Virus genome (UHGV): UHGV-0193504
Source of the DNA: a virus
Length of the DNA stretch: 59,235 nucleotides
Reading direction: 5' to 3' (one strand)
Made by a program: the position numbers and the translations under genes
The notes under the pieces: generated by a model
What the model saw: only the letters and a program-made list of their open reading frames with translations
Database searches by the model: none
Told to the model about the DNA's origin: nothing
Shown here: piece after piece, positions 28,301-38,119 of the stretch
Position numbering within the stretch: the stretch's first letter is position 1
How the letters are laid out: every line of letters begins with the position of its first letter

Positions 28301-31300
28301 GCTTACGCCTGTTAATACGGATATGAAGAATCATGTCAGCTCTACGGTGCAGGCCAACGCGCCGGTGTACCAGACAGCTACGATGGAACATCAGACACCA
28401 CAGACCGAGGTAGCTTCTACGGTGCAAGGCAATGTTCCAGTAAATCAGGTAGCTGCTACGGAAGATGAAATCCAGCAGGGCAAAGTGGCGCCTACGATAC
28501 AGGCTAATATGCCGGTCAATCAGGCCCCTGCTCGCATGGATAACCAGCAGGCCGCACAGCAGGACGCTCCAAAAGAGCAGGTCAGCGTGACGCCGCTCCC
28601 AACGCAGAAAGGACAGCAGAGCGAGGGCGTGCGTATCGCACAGCCACAGCAGACGATTGACGAGCAGAACGCACAGACGGACGCCCGCATTGCTGAGATC
28701 AAGAAGACTCCGCTGGCACAGCGCAAGGCACTCGGCCAGCAGTATCTTGATACGCTGCGCCAGAACAACGTGCCGTTCAGCGAGAAGAAGCTGGCAAAGT
28801 CACTCATGAATGGCGACCCTGAGGCAATCGAGCATGTGCAGCGCACGTATGGCGATCTGCTCAACACGATTACTCCGGCAGAGTCGGCGGCCGCGTCTCA
28901 GCACGCACCGCGCACGATTCAGGCGGCGACGACGGCGAGACTGGGCAATATGGTCAGAGAGATTACCAGCGGCAACACCTACAAGAACGCCAGCCCTGTA
29001 GGGAAACTGGCCTACCTGTCGGCGGCTAGTGCTCACGCTAAGACGGTTGGCGCAGACAAATCGGCAAGAGCCATTGACAGCATCATCGCCGATGTCCGCA
29101 AGAAGGCGGGATTCTCCGGCAAGGGCACCACGGAAGGCATGACGCCAGCGCAGAAGGACGAGTTCTACAACATCTTCTATAAGCAGTCGCTCGACGATGC
29201 AACGGCCATTCGCAAAGAAGCACAGGACGAGAAGCCTGCCAACCTCAAGAGCCTCGACAACACGATCGAGATGTTCAAGCAGGAGCTTGCCAACAGCAAG
29301 CCGACGAAGGCAGAAAGAAAGGAAGTTACACATGAGAGTACGCAGAGTAAGAATCAGCAGAAGCCGGACGAAGGCACCAAAAATCAAGATCAGCACGCCA
29401 AACCTGAACCGCGCAAAGCGGCAGACACTCAGCCAGAGACCGAAGCGCGCGAAGTAAGTACAACTAAAAAAGCCGCCGACAACGGCGGGAAATATGTGCT
29501 TGCAGATGGATATCGTACAGAGTCGGGCAAGCCGCTCTCAGAAGCGGACGAAAACGAGTTCATCTTAAAGCCAAACGGTAGCAAGGACTTTGGTGAGATT
29601 ACAAACGCAATCTCAAAGGCCGCAAAAGAACAGCATAACGTAGACCTTGCTCCGGGAAAGATTCGCCTTCGCGTCGGTAATGAAATAGAAGGACTACGCC
29701 ATGCAAAGGCACATGAGAGTCAAGCTAAAGCCGATGGCTATGCATCTATCGAGGACATGATTGCAGATGTCACGGAAAACTTTGATGAGATTTATGAGCG
29801 CCAGCCTAACACTGAAAATGGGCATGTCACGTACTCTTTAGTCAAAAGAGGCAATAAGGCAACAGGAAAGATGAACGGTGTCTCTCCCATCTATTTTGAG
29901 TTACAACATGATGGAGATAAAGGCTACTATATTGTTGTCTCGGCTATTCCGAAAGGGGATAAAAGCCTTAAACGAGGAACAGCAAAAGACCGCTTGATTT
30001 ATAGCAGCCCGGGCTTAGGTGCTGCCACACAGTCCAACGCTGGTGCGGTGTCCCACGACAGCCATAATGTTGGAGCCGTAAACCGTGGGGGTAGCCCTAC
30101 ATCCGATAAATCAAGCGGTCCTTCTACTCATATTATACCACATGAACAGAAGGAAGACACCAAGAATCTTGATTCTGCCAAGGTTCCTGCAATGGGCGAG
30201 CCTATCCACGGTATCAAGGGCACTGAGACGACGGTCGTCACGGATAGTGGCAAGGAAATCCGCGTGCGCTACCGTGTTGTTCCGGCATCGCGTGTCATCA
30301 CGTCGCATGATGCTGAGACAATGACGCCGAACAAGGCATATCCGCATGAGTTACAGCCGCGTGACCGTCAGCGCGTATCCATGCAGGAGCAAGTCACGAC
30401 GATGGCCAACGAGCTTCGTCCGGCTGACCTCAGCGCAGGCCGCAACCTCAATCAGGGAGCGCCTGTCATCCGCAAGGATGGCGTCGTACTCAACGGCAAC
30501 GGCCGCGCTATGGCTATCCAGAAAGCTACGGCGTCGGGCGGCGACAAGGCAACAGCCTACCGCAAATACATCTTCGAGCACTCGAAAGAGTTCGGTATTT
30601 CTAGGTCAAACCTCTCACAGATGCGCAAGTATATGCTTGTCCGCGAGGTGGTAGACGATATCGATGCGGACACGATGCAGGATATCATCGGCAGTACAGC
30701 TGGTGGTTCCCGCATGGGGGCGAGCGAGCAGGCAAAGGCTGACGCGAAGAAAATCAAGCCGCGTGATCTGGAACACTACGTCGATAACGAGCAGGGCGAC
30801 CTGACGACGGCGGCAAATCAGGATTTTGTGGCCCGTGTTCTCTATCGTATCGTCGGCAAGAACGAGCGCAACGCTTACACGGACGAGCATGGCAACGTCA
30901 ATGCAGACGGCATCCAGCGCGTCAAGCGTGCGCTCTTCTCACTGGCCTACAACGATGACGGCCTCATTGATAAGATGGCTGAGAGTACGGACGACAATAT
31001 CCGCAACGTCTCGCGCGGCCTGATGAGTGCGGCCCCTGCTTTTGCTCGTGTCAATCTTGCCGTCAAGGATGGGCAGGCGTATGAGTACGACGCCGCAAAG
31101 ACTATCTCGGACGCCGTCAAGCATCTCGACGCGCTACGCCGCGAGGGCAAACCGGTCAAGGATTATCTCAACGAGCAGAGCATGTTCAGCGAGTATCAGG
31201 ACACGGACGAGGTGCGCGAGGTGCTGCGGTTCCTCGATGAGAACAAGCGCAGCGGAAAGAAAATCGGCATCTTCCTTAATGACATGGCCCGCTCTATTTT

Positions 31301-34300
31301 GGAGCAGGGGAGCCCGAACCAGACGTCTCTGATGGACGGCGGCCGCGCAACGCTTGGTGAGATCATCAAGGCCGCAGAGCGTGTAGCACGTGACGGCATG
31401 ACGGCGGCAAGCCTCTTTGGCAACGAAGAAGGGAGTCACGTTGATGTAGCGAGAAGCAAGGCCTCCGTTCAGGGTGACTTGAAAAAAATCGGTAAACGTG
31501 TTGTATTCCTGCCGGATAACTCACTTACATCTCGCGAGAAAGGAATCAAGGAATTTGGCGAAAAGATGGGACTCAAGGTCGTGTTCTTTGAAGGCCCGTC
31601 GAATCTTCACGGCATGTACGAGAACGGTGTGAGCTTCATCAACCGCAGTTCTTCTACATCTGCGCCGTGGACGTTCTGGCATGAAACGTTCCATTGGCTC
31701 CGCCATAACAATCCAGAGCTTTATCGCCAGATGGTCAGTTATATCGGCAAGAAGCAGGCATTCTCATCGGAACAGTTGCAAGCATACCGTGACAAGACAG
31801 GGCGTCAGGCACTCTCTGATGCGGATGTCATCGAGGAGATGCTTGCTGATGCAATGCCGGACGTGCACAAGCGCGTCTCGCTTTTCCGCAATCTTGGTAA
31901 AGCAGATGCGCCTTTGTTGCAGCGTTTTGTTGGATGGCTGCGCGATGCGATGCGTGCATTCCATGATGCGCTCACAGGCAGGAAGGCTGGACTCAGCGAG
32001 ACACAGAAGGCTGCCATGCGTGATGCCTTGGCCAATATTGCGGCAGACTTACGCGACAGCAACGGTAAGCACATTTTTAAGGTCAGCGGTGCAGAGCGCG
32101 AGATCACAGCGGCAGATGGAACGAAGCTTTCTTATCCAGCTAGATTCTCTGGCAAGCAGGAAACGCCAACTATCTTCACCGCAGAAGACAGACTCAAGGC
32201 TGACAAAAAGGCTTGGAAGGGAACGCTTCGTAAGGCATGGAAAGGCGATATGCCAGACACGACTATGCTGCCTGTAATGCAGACGCCGTTGGTGCTTAAG
32301 CTGGTTGGTGCGCCGGATTATCCAATGGTGATGCGGCAGAGCAAGCTGATGAAAATAAAAAAAGATCATCCAGAAGTGACAAAAGCAATCCTGAACGAAT
32401 TGCCGTCATATCTGACTGATCCTATGATTATTTTCAAATCGTCTACGGTATCAGGGCGACTTGTCGTTGGAACGGAACTGGAGGATGCAAGCGGGGCAAA
32501 CATTATTGTTCCTATTGAACTCAACTCCAAAGATGGCCGTATGGATGTTAATGTCATTACATCGGTATACGGAAAAGGAACCCAGCAGTCTGGAACAAAT
32601 ATCGCATGGTTTGTTAACAATATCCAAGCAGGGAATGCCGTATATATAAACAAAAAACAGGCCGCTGACTTCTACCAGTCCGCCGGGCTCCAATTGCCCA
32701 TGGAGGGTAGAAGGTTCAACGACCTCTTTGGCTCTAGTATAAAGACTGACGCCGATTTAGTCAAGAGTCGCCGAGAAAATCCTGTCCGCTATTCTCTCGA
32801 CGCGAACGACAATAGCACACCGTCTCTGTTCACCCGTGCATACAACCATCTCACAGGACGCAAGGACGCCGCGTCACATGATAAGAATGTCAAGGCAATG
32901 CTGGAAGACATCACGAAAATGCGAATCCGCTTTGGCAAACTCGACCCCGCGACAGAAATCGTGTTCAAGAAGTTCGAGGGCGTCATTCGTGCTCGAAATG
33001 CGAATGAGTGGGAGAGAGTGCTGCCGGAAGCTGGACGCGCTATTGCGGACAGGCTCCAGCTCCAGCCGAGTAATGCGATGGATAACTACATCGCGAAGTG
33101 GCTTCTGGATGAGGCGGGCAACGACAACAGTCAGGAAGCCACAACATTCAAGGCTGCACTCAAGAATGATGCTGTCCTGAGTGACCAGCTCGTCGACTTG
33201 AAAACGCTCTTCAATGAGCGCAACAACCGCGAGGCGGATGAGGTCGTGCGCAGCGCCATTCAGTACGAGAAGCCGAAAGAACGCACGACGCTTACTAAAG
33301 CATGGCAGAACTTCTACGATGAAATGGTCGAAGAACTCGGCCCTGTCAAGCGTATGGTCGAGCAGGTACAGAAGAAGAGTGGGCAGGAGCTTGCCGCATC
33401 GGTCAACCCGTATATCGCACTCCGCCTCTTCCGTGGCAACGCTGGACGCGCTATGACGATGATTGAAGGGCAGAGCGAGGCTGCTGTCAAGGCGCTCCAG
33501 ACGAATTACCCGGGCGTTAACTTCAACGGCTTCAAGACCTTGCATATGATTCTGGACGAGTGCGGCGCTCTCCATAACGAAAAGCGCATGAAGGATTTCC
33601 TCGCCTTTGCATTGGCTTGCCATGTAAAGGACATCCATACACTCAACAACCGTATCCGCAAGAGCCAGCAGCGTCTTCGCGACAAAATTGCTGACTTGAA
33701 CGATAAAATCAATAATCTCCCTGAGTATCAGCATCTTATTGAAAGCGATAAGAAGGTTGATGATAAGTATCAAGAGCAAAGAGAGGCCTATCAAAAAGAG
33801 ATTGAAGGATACCAGGCGAAGATTGACAAAGCTGAGAAGACCATCATGGAGGTTCCTCGTACCGAAGACGGCCTTTCCCTTACGGAAGATCGGTGCAACA
33901 AGGTCATGATGAAGTACATGAAGGAATACGGCGAGGCACAGCAAGACCTTGTCCATTTCTCAAAGGTAACGACTTCTATCCTCTATGATGCAGGCGTCAT
34001 CAGCAAGAAACGCTACAAGGAGCTGCAAGAGAGATGGCCAAACTACATCCCAATGTTCCGTGTATTCGAGGACAATGAAGAGGTGGATTTCGGCGACAGC
34101 CTCAAGCATATGCACGGCTCGACGCGCCGCATCATCAATCCTCTTGACTCCATCATCCGCAACACGTATGACTTCGTCAAGAAGGCTGAGAAGAACAAGG
34201 CCCGTCAGCTTCTGGCTGATCTCACACGCATCTCTGATGTCGGTGAGTACATCGAGGAAGTCGATAACTCAAAGCCGAACGACAAGACGACAATCACTTT

Positions 34301-35855
34301 CTACGAGAACGGCGAACGCAAGTATTTGCAGACTGACCCGGATATCGTGAAAGCTGTCAACAATATGGGGCGCGAGGAGAGCAACTGGGTGCTTCGCTTG
34401 CTTCATGGTCCGGCAAAGATTGCCCGGGCTTGCTTCACGACGATCAACCCGTCGTTCGCACTTCGCAACCTCATTCGCGATTCGACGGATGCTACTATCT
34501 ATAGTAAGTACGGCTTCAAGCCTTGGGACTTTGTGCGAGGCTTCCTGCACGCTGTTCATCGCGACGAGCTGTTCTATGAATGGCTCTCGTCCGGTGCAGC
34601 ACAGGCCAGCGCTATCTCGCTTGACCGCGACTATACGCAGGCCACACTAAACCAGATGTCGAAGACATGGAAAGAACGGTTGCTCTCAAAAGAGTTCCTG
34701 CCAGCCATCCTCGAAGGCATGCAGATGGTCGGCGAGTATTCTGAGTATGGCACGCGCATCGCGGCCTATGAGCGGGCAAAGAAGAAGTTGGCAGGCGAGA
34801 ACGGTCCGCATCCAGCAGCCTATGACCTCGCTTCGGCGGCGCTTGAGAGTCGTGACCTGATGGACTTTGCGCGCGGTGGGCGCGGCAGTCGCTACCTGAA
34901 CAACGTTGTTGTCTTCGCCAATGCGTCCATTCAGGGCTTCGACAAATTCTTCCGCACATTCGACTTCCGCAAGCCGTACCGCAAGGAATCCATGAAGGCG
35001 CTCGCACGTCTCTTCCTCTGCGGCATGCTGCCCGCTCTGCTGCTTGCTGGCATCCATTCCGGCGATGACTGGTGGGAAGAGCTGCCGGACTGGCAGAAAG
35101 AGACGAACTGGATTCTCGGCAAGGTCGGCAATACGATCATCCGCATCCCGAAAGGACAGGATATCGGTCTGCGCTTCTTCTCGAATCTCATTGAGAAAGC
35201 GATGGATAGGAGCAAGCATAAAGCTGGCGACTACTTCAAACCTGTTTGGGATTCACTGCCAGACATGATTCCGACGGCACTCTTGCCAATCATCGAAGCG
35301 ACGGCAAATCACAGTTACTTCACGGGTGCTCCAGTCGTACCGAAGTATCAAGAGAAGCTGCCTGCTTATCTCCAGTTCGGCAACGAGACTTCCAGCTTTG
35401 CGAAGTTTGTCGGCAAGGTCATCGGCGTATCGCCGCGAAAGGTCGAGCACGTCCTGTTCGGCTACACAGGCAACATGGGCAAAGGATTGCTTGGCGTGTA
35501 TGATACTATCGTCGGCAACCAGAGCCTTAACACGAATCTGAACGAAGCGCCTGTTATCAGCGGCTTCACGGCTATACCGTACAAGCAGAGCAAGACGGTC
35601 AACGACTTCTATGATAAGTTCGACGAGCAGCAGCGCCTCAACGAGGAATTCAAGCTCACAAAGAAAAAGCCGGATGGCTATGACCCATCGCTCTACAAGC
35701 GCATGACAAAGGCACAGCAGGAGCTGTCCAAAATCAACAAGCAGGAACGTGCAGCTATTGATGACCCGAAGATGGATTCGGGCGTCCGTGAGCAGAAGCA
35801 GCTCGGCTATCAGCAGCAGCGGCTCTCTGTTGTCAGGAGAGTCATGGGCCAATAA
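25320..35855 (+). CDS. giant polyvalent internal virion protein (3511 aa)
   Basis: NlpC/CHAP-like (GCVEAV..DHVV), GH73 glucosaminidase-like (HES..HNYGGVKG..GGYFTA), PBECR-like (GLRHAKAH), DdrB-like ParB (LQPRDR..NGNGR), HExxH (HETFH), MuF-C-like (ITSVYGK) and LPD38-like C-terminus (LPDWQK..RIPKG). Confidence 0.8.
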   Translation: MSKAYDYFREISANNNDMIMPNDTDITDDSGRIHDATGISEGLGGFLANLLMPGFSTALYRPSVQNFVGGLEGDAGGAANYLGSALKALDEQGRASSLSDDIQNADAGPLGSLGDWLINNGTYWNDRAGDVQQQFGTLNRYQNEDILQRLTDTDYLTDSRGLMADVFNGAGSSVPFVVASSLAPEIGIGGALARGAGGLLERLGMSTAGRAVASDLVQSGANDFARYALTSGPLEAAINAGGIYDDLKNQGLSDSEIFGKMNSMIGEELPMDMLTSGLYGAVLGGNTFSRLGQGGWKRAIGANILNTPADMLGEYVQEMTQQQLQNKYSGKPYGTFWNPTEDEMQAGRAAAMGALPMGMFGSARGAINSRRAAMAAADGGSVTGPEPVTPPAVPDPNVDPVAAAQLTGKNDDVPTADGVDVTNLDPQQYTQWYGEKLKSQGIDVPDATITVQTPKATGATGGAKAGAGANVMDAAQDFMGRHMENGANGCVEAVTKIGARYNPFLADELSKGVVNVDTLVADAGDKVIPFDPNNLEAGDVIVYGDNDHVVLADGNGGYVGNSSSQQKVVQGGNYNEMGDLKPTKIIKTGNGVTAQNETANNGGASAADLSSLPVGDIATAIAQNTGLPANFIWAQLSHESDGGNSKLAREDHNYGGVKGNDGEYLHFDNDQQFIDYMSNYYPKYREDGIYDAQTADQFAEALQHGGYFTADLGEYEGGMHRYLEQAGLSDSGTAGAPAEKQSPVSTMTQQQFGDMLNEKMIDFAGTNDDTVKTVFNDMSTSKDKALVSLFAPYMQDGVFANTAANRTALVNNDGFKKAMSMFLSKHLSDYAPAFDNGRISFRQAEEALRPRHQVQAAQTAQAPNIQTAASPKMEAAAIQNVLSSFAQDKKNVARTEQEANLFDDMLDTDDHFIDTPKNRQTLLKNYGAQLQNYVDDVMTPSLDDRVNQAIEQAVQNKDLNRMNILTQAKQANDTATLEKLVGPQTKQHVDIAAMLTPVNTDMKNHVSSTVQANAPVYQTATMEHQTPQTEVASTVQGNVPVNQVAATEDEIQQGKVAPTIQANMPVNQAPARMDNQQAAQQDAPKEQVSVTPLPTQKGQQSEGVRIAQPQQTIDEQNAQTDARIAEIKKTPLAQRKALGQQYLDTLRQNNVPFSEKKLAKSLMNGDPEAIEHVQRTYGDLLNTITPAESAAASQHAPRTIQAATTARLGNMVREITSGNTYKNASPVGKLAYLSAASAHAKTVGADKSARAIDSIIADVRKKAGFSGKGTTEGMTPAQKDEFYNIFYKQSLDDATAIRKEAQDEKPANLKSLDNTIEMFKQELANSKPTKAERKEVTHESTQSKNQQKPDEGTKNQDQHAKPEPRKAADTQPETEAREVSTTKKAADNGGKYVLADGYRTESGKPLSEADENEFILKPNGSKDFGEITNAISKAAKEQHNVDLAPGKIRLRVGNEIEGLRHAKAHESQAKADGYASIEDMIADVTENFDEIYERQPNTENGHVTYSLVKRGNKATGKMNGVSPIYFELQHDGDKGYYIVVSAIPKGDKSLKRGTAKDRLIYSSPGLGAATQSNAGAVSHDSHNVGAVNRGGSPTSDKSSGPSTHIIPHEQKEDTKNLDSAKVPAMGEPIHGIKGTETTVVTDSGKEIRVRYRVVPASRVITSHDAETMTPNKAYPHELQPRDRQRVSMQEQVTTMANELRPADLSAGRNLNQGAPVIRKDGVVLNGNGRAMAIQKATASGGDKATAYRKYIFEHSKEFGISRSNLSQMRKYMLVREVVDDIDADTMQDIIGSTAGGSRMGASEQAKADAKKIKPRDLEHYVDNEQGDLTTAANQDFVARVLYRIVGKNERNAYTDEHGNVNADGIQRVKRALFSLAYNDDGLIDKMAESTDDNIRNVSRGLMSAAPAFARVNLAVKDGQAYEYDAAKTISDAVKHLDALRREGKPVKDYLNEQSMFSEYQDTDEVREVLRFLDENKRSGKKIGIFLNDMARSILEQGSPNQTSLMDGGRATLGEIIKAAERVARDGMTAASLFGNEEGSHVDVARSKASVQGDLKKIGKRVVFLPDNSLTSREKGIKEFGEKMGLKVVFFEGPSNLHGMYENGVSFINRSSSTSAPWTFWHETFHWLRHNNPELYRQMVSYIGKKQAFSSEQLQAYRDKTGRQALSDADVIEEMLADAMPDVHKRVSLFRNLGKADAPLLQRFVGWLRDAMRAFHDALTGRKAGLSETQKAAMRDALANIAADLRDSNGKHIFKVSGAEREITAADGTKLSYPARFSGKQETPTIFTAEDRLKADKKAWKGTLRKAWKGDMPDTTMLPVMQTPLVLKLVGAPDYPMVMRQSKLMKIKKDHPEVTKAILNELPSYLTDPMIIFKSSTVSGRLVVGTELEDASGANIIVPIELNSKDGRMDVNVITSVYGKGTQQSGTNIAWFVNNIQAGNAVYINKKQAADFYQSAGLQLPMEGRRFNDLFGSSIKTDADLVKSRRENPVRYSLDANDNSTPSLFTRAYNHLTGRKDAASHDKNVKAMLEDITKMRIRFGKLDPATEIVFKKFEGVIRARNANEWERVLPEAGRAIADRLQLQPSNAMDNYIAKWLLDEAGNDNSQEATTFKAALKNDAVLSDQLVDLKTLFNERNNREADEVVRSAIQYEKPKERTTLTKAWQNFYDEMVEELGPVKRMVEQVQKKSGQELAASVNPYIALRLFRGNAGRAMTMIEGQSEAAVKALQTNYPGVNFNGFKTLHMILDECGALHNEKRMKDFLAFALACHVKDIHTLNNRIRKSQQRLRDKIADLNDKINNLPEYQHLIESDKKVDDKYQEQREAYQKEIEGYQAKIDKAEKTIMEVPRTEDGLSLTEDRCNKVMMKYMKEYGEAQQDLVHFSKVTTSILYDAGVISKKRYKELQERWPNYIPMFRVFEDNEEVDFGDSLKHMHGSTRRIINPLDSIIRNTYDFVKKAEKNKARQLLADLTRISDVGEYIEEVDNSKPNDKTTITFYENGERKYLQTDPDIVKAVNNMGREESNWVLRLLHGPAKIARACFTTINPSFALRNLIRDSTDATIYSKYGFKPWDFVRGFLHAVHRDELFYEWLSSGAAQASAISLDRDYTQATLNQMSKTWKERLLSKEFLPAILEGMQMVGEYSEYGTRIAAYERAKKKLAGENGPHPAAYDLASAALESRDLMDFARGGRGSRYLNNVVVFANASIQGFDKFFRTFDFRKPYRKESMKALARLFLCGMLPALLLAGIHSGDDWWEELPDWQKETNWILGKVGNTIIRIPKGQDIGLRFFSNLIEKAMDRSKHKAGDYFKPVWDSLPDMIPTALLPIIEATANHSYFTGAPVVPKYQEKLPAYLQFGNETSSFAKFVGKVIGVSPRKVEHVLFGYTGNMGKGLLGVYDTIVGNQSLNTNLNEAPVISGFTAIPYKQSKTVNDFYDKFDEQQRLNEEFKLTKKKPDGYDPSLYKRMTKAQQELSKINKQERAAIDDPKMDSGVREQKQLGYQQQRLSVVRRVMGQ

Positions 35856-35874
35856 CACACTACATCAAGAGCAA

Positions 35875-35909
35875 TTTGCAATTTTTGCACGTTGCTCTTT
35901 TTCTATAAT
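35875..35909 (+). promoter_or_regulatory. putative activator-dependent promoter 3 (lysis), overlapping a terminator hairpin
   Basis: TTTGCAATTTTT, with TTGCAA 22 nt upstream of TATAAT; embedded in AAGAGCAA...TTGCTCTT. Confidence 0.55.
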
Positions 35910-35980
35910 GGAGGTAAGCATGAACAAAGGCCCGCCGGACATACCGGCCGCATATCTTATCTACTATACGAGGTATAAAC

Positions 35981-36229
35981 ATGACAGTGAATGATGCAGC
36001 TATGATTGTCTCGATCACGGCGACGTGCGGAGGCATCTTCTATAAAGCCTGCCTTTCTCCACTTGAGAGGAGTATTGATAAATTGTCGCGGCTCATCGAC
36101 GAGCAATCCGACATGATTTCCAATGACCGCATCAAGATTGCAGAAGTCGAGTCGTCTTGCAGCTCGGCTCACCACCGCATCGACCGCCTTGACCGTATCA
36201 TTGACGAATGGGAGGGGAGTAAGCGATGA
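35981..36229 (+). CDS. small membrane/coiled-coil lysis-module protein
   Basis: N-terminal TM and SAHHRIDRLD motif; precedes the holin. Confidence 0.65.
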   Translation: MTVNDAAMIVSITATCGGIFYKACLSPLERSIDKLSRLIDEQSDMISNDRIKIAEVESSCSSAHHRIDRLDRIIDEWEGSKR

Positions 36230-36570
36230 AAGACAAGGTCATCAGGTTTTCAGCATGGGCGCAGAAGAATTGGCTGGCCCTCGTCATCTTCTTGTCCGTA
36301 CTCATGATGCTTTTTCTCTGCGCCGTGATGCTCTCTTGGCTCTACGGATATTGGAGTAACGCACTCTCCGGCACGCACTTCGAGCTGGCGTCTTGCTGGA
36401 CAGGCATCACAGTCGTCGGCACGGGTATCGCCGGTATCGTTGGCTTAGGAAAGGCGTGCTGGACGAAATACGGCATGGACTCGCGGTACAATAGCGAACA
36501 GGGCAAGCCTTACATCAGCAACGTTGCAAGCGCTGTGAATGGCGCAGAAAGGAAAGGTACAGTACGATGA
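36226..36570 (+). CDS. holin (putative)
   Basis: two hydrophobic segments; overlaps the endolysin start. Confidence 0.65.
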   Translation: MKDKVIRFSAWAQKNWLALVIFLSVLMMLFLCAVMLSWLYGYWSNALSGTHFELASCWTGITVVGTGIAGIVGLGKACWTKYGMDSRYNSEQGKPYISNVASAVNGAERKGTVR

Positions 36571-37157
36571 GATATGGTATTGATGTTTCGGAGAACAACG
36601 GCCCGATTGATTGGGAGGACGTGCGCGAAAGCGGCTGTGATTTTGTCATTGTCCGTTCTTCCTACGGTCTCAATAGCCGCGACGATAAATTCCTTGAGTA
36701 CGTCAACGGCGCTCATGAAGCTGGCCTTCAGTGCGGCGCGTATCATTATGGCTATACGTTGACGCCACAGGAGGCCGTGCAGGAAGCAGTGAATTGCCGC
36801 ACGGCTATTGCGGATGCAGGCGTACTGTTGGAACTGCCAGTATTCTACGACATGGAAGATGCAGACGGCTACAAAGCTCGTCACGGCTTCGACTTCTCGC
36901 GCGAGAACGCAACGAGTATCTGCCGTGAGTTCTTGAATCATATCCGCTTGGATTGCGGCATCTATGCGTCTAAGTCGTGGCTCGATGATCTCATTGACTG
37001 GCGTGACCTCGGCTGTGCCGTCTGGAATGCGCAGTGGATGAAGGGCGATAATCCGACTCCAGACACGAGCAATGATGACCTCGGCGGCATGATGTGGCAG
37101 TATACAAATAGGAAGCTCATTGCTGGCCGTTACTACGACGGCGATATCATTTACTGA
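36567..37157 (+). CDS. GH25 endolysin
   Basis: GIDVSENNG, GAYHY, FYDMED, WNAQW and WQYT motifs. Confidence 0.9.
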   Translation: MRYGIDVSENNGPIDWEDVRESGCDFVIVRSSYGLNSRDDKFLEYVNGAHEAGLQCGAYHYGYTLTPQEAVQEAVNCRTAIADAGVLLELPVFYDMEDADGYKARHGFDFSRENATSICREFLNHIRLDCGIYASKSWLDDLIDWRDLGCAVWNAQWMKGDNPTPDTSNDDLGGMMWQYTNRKLIAGRYYDGDIIY

Positions 37158-37166
37158 GGTGATACT

Positions 37167-37784
37167 ATGGAACAGGTGAAAACATGGGTGTACGCTCACC
37201 GCCGCATCGTCGGTGCTATTATCTTCGGTATCCTCGCTGTCATTGTCGCTGTGCTGCTTTTTCGTGGCTGTAAGACGGAGCCGCAAAAAGTGACCGTCGA
37301 GCCGCAGAGCGAAGCACAGACAGAAACGGGCGTCGAGAAAGCTGCCGACAAAGCGCAAGTACCTGTCAGCCGCCAGCAGGCGCAGGATGCAGCGCAGGAG
37401 ATACGCTATATCTATCAGCATGACGATCCGCCGGAATACACCATCATCACGACGGGGGGAGACGTAGAGAAGCAGGCGCAGGCCGCGCAGGAGCGCGCTG
37501 GCGCTGACTTCTCGATTGTCGCGTCGGGCGATGGCGAGAAGGCTGACGTCGCATCAATTGGCAAAGACAAGCCGGTCGAGCTGAACCAGTACAATGTGCA
37601 GGCGTACAAAAGGGTGCTGCACACGGTCGAGGTGTCGCCGGACATCGAAGGCGGGCGCGGTATCGCCGAAGTCGGCTACAGCGTCTCGCGTAAGGTATCC
37701 CGTGACGGCAAGTATTTAGGTGTAGGAGCTTCCTACAATTTCGACAACGACAAAGCATATGTCAAGATGACATACATGTGGTAA
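37167..37784 (+). CDS. membrane-anchored lysis accessory protein (spanin candidate)
   Basis: N-terminal TM, helical middle, C-terminal amphipathic beta strands ending YVKMTYMW. Confidence 0.45.
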   Translation: MEQVKTWVYAHRRIVGAIIFGILAVIVAVLLFRGCKTEPQKVTVEPQSEAQTETGVEKAADKAQVPVSRQQAQDAAQEIRYIYQHDDPPEYTIITTGGDVEKQAQAAQERAGADFSIVASGDGEKADVASIGKDKPVELNQYNVQAYKRVLHTVEVSPDIEGGRGIAEVGYSVSRKVSRDGKYLGVGASYNFDNDKAYVKMTYMW

Positions 37785-37805
37785 CAAAGTCTTGCAATCT
37801 GTAGG

Positions 37806-37837
37806 AGAGGGCTGTCCTTGCGGGCGGCCCTCTTTTT
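37806..37837 (+). terminator. intrinsic terminator of the lysis operon
   Basis: AGAGGGCTGTC...GGCGGCCCTCT followed by a T run. Confidence 0.75.
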
Positions 37838-37868
37838 ACGTGCAAAGATTTCCGACGTGGCCGACGCT

Positions 37869-38108
37869 TGTCTACGATTTGTCTACACATCTAGCGCGGA
37901 ATACTATTTAACACTATTTACACGCATTTCTTTTCTTGCTTGTATTGCGGCGGGAATCAACGCACGGCGCGGAATCTTATTTACTGCTATTTACACTATG
38001 TGACATGGACGTTATAATAAAGTGGTGTATTGGAAAAGGACCTGTATCCCTTGAAGTATAATGGTTGCAGGCCCTTCTTTTGCTTGTTCTGTCTACGATT
38101 TGTCTACA
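37869..38108. other. attP-like region bounded by arm-type repeats
   Basis: 19-bp direct repeat TGTCTACGATTTGTCTACA at 37869-37887 and 38090-38108; internal CTATTTACAC repeats; adjacent to the integrase 3' end. Confidence 0.7.
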
Positions 38109-38119
38109 AACGTGCTTGT

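Noticed and set aside
29126..29141. Gapped self-match of array unit 5 (AC.AC.GA.GG.AT) inside the giant gene
   Set aside because: Only half the unit matches; not distinguishable from chance.
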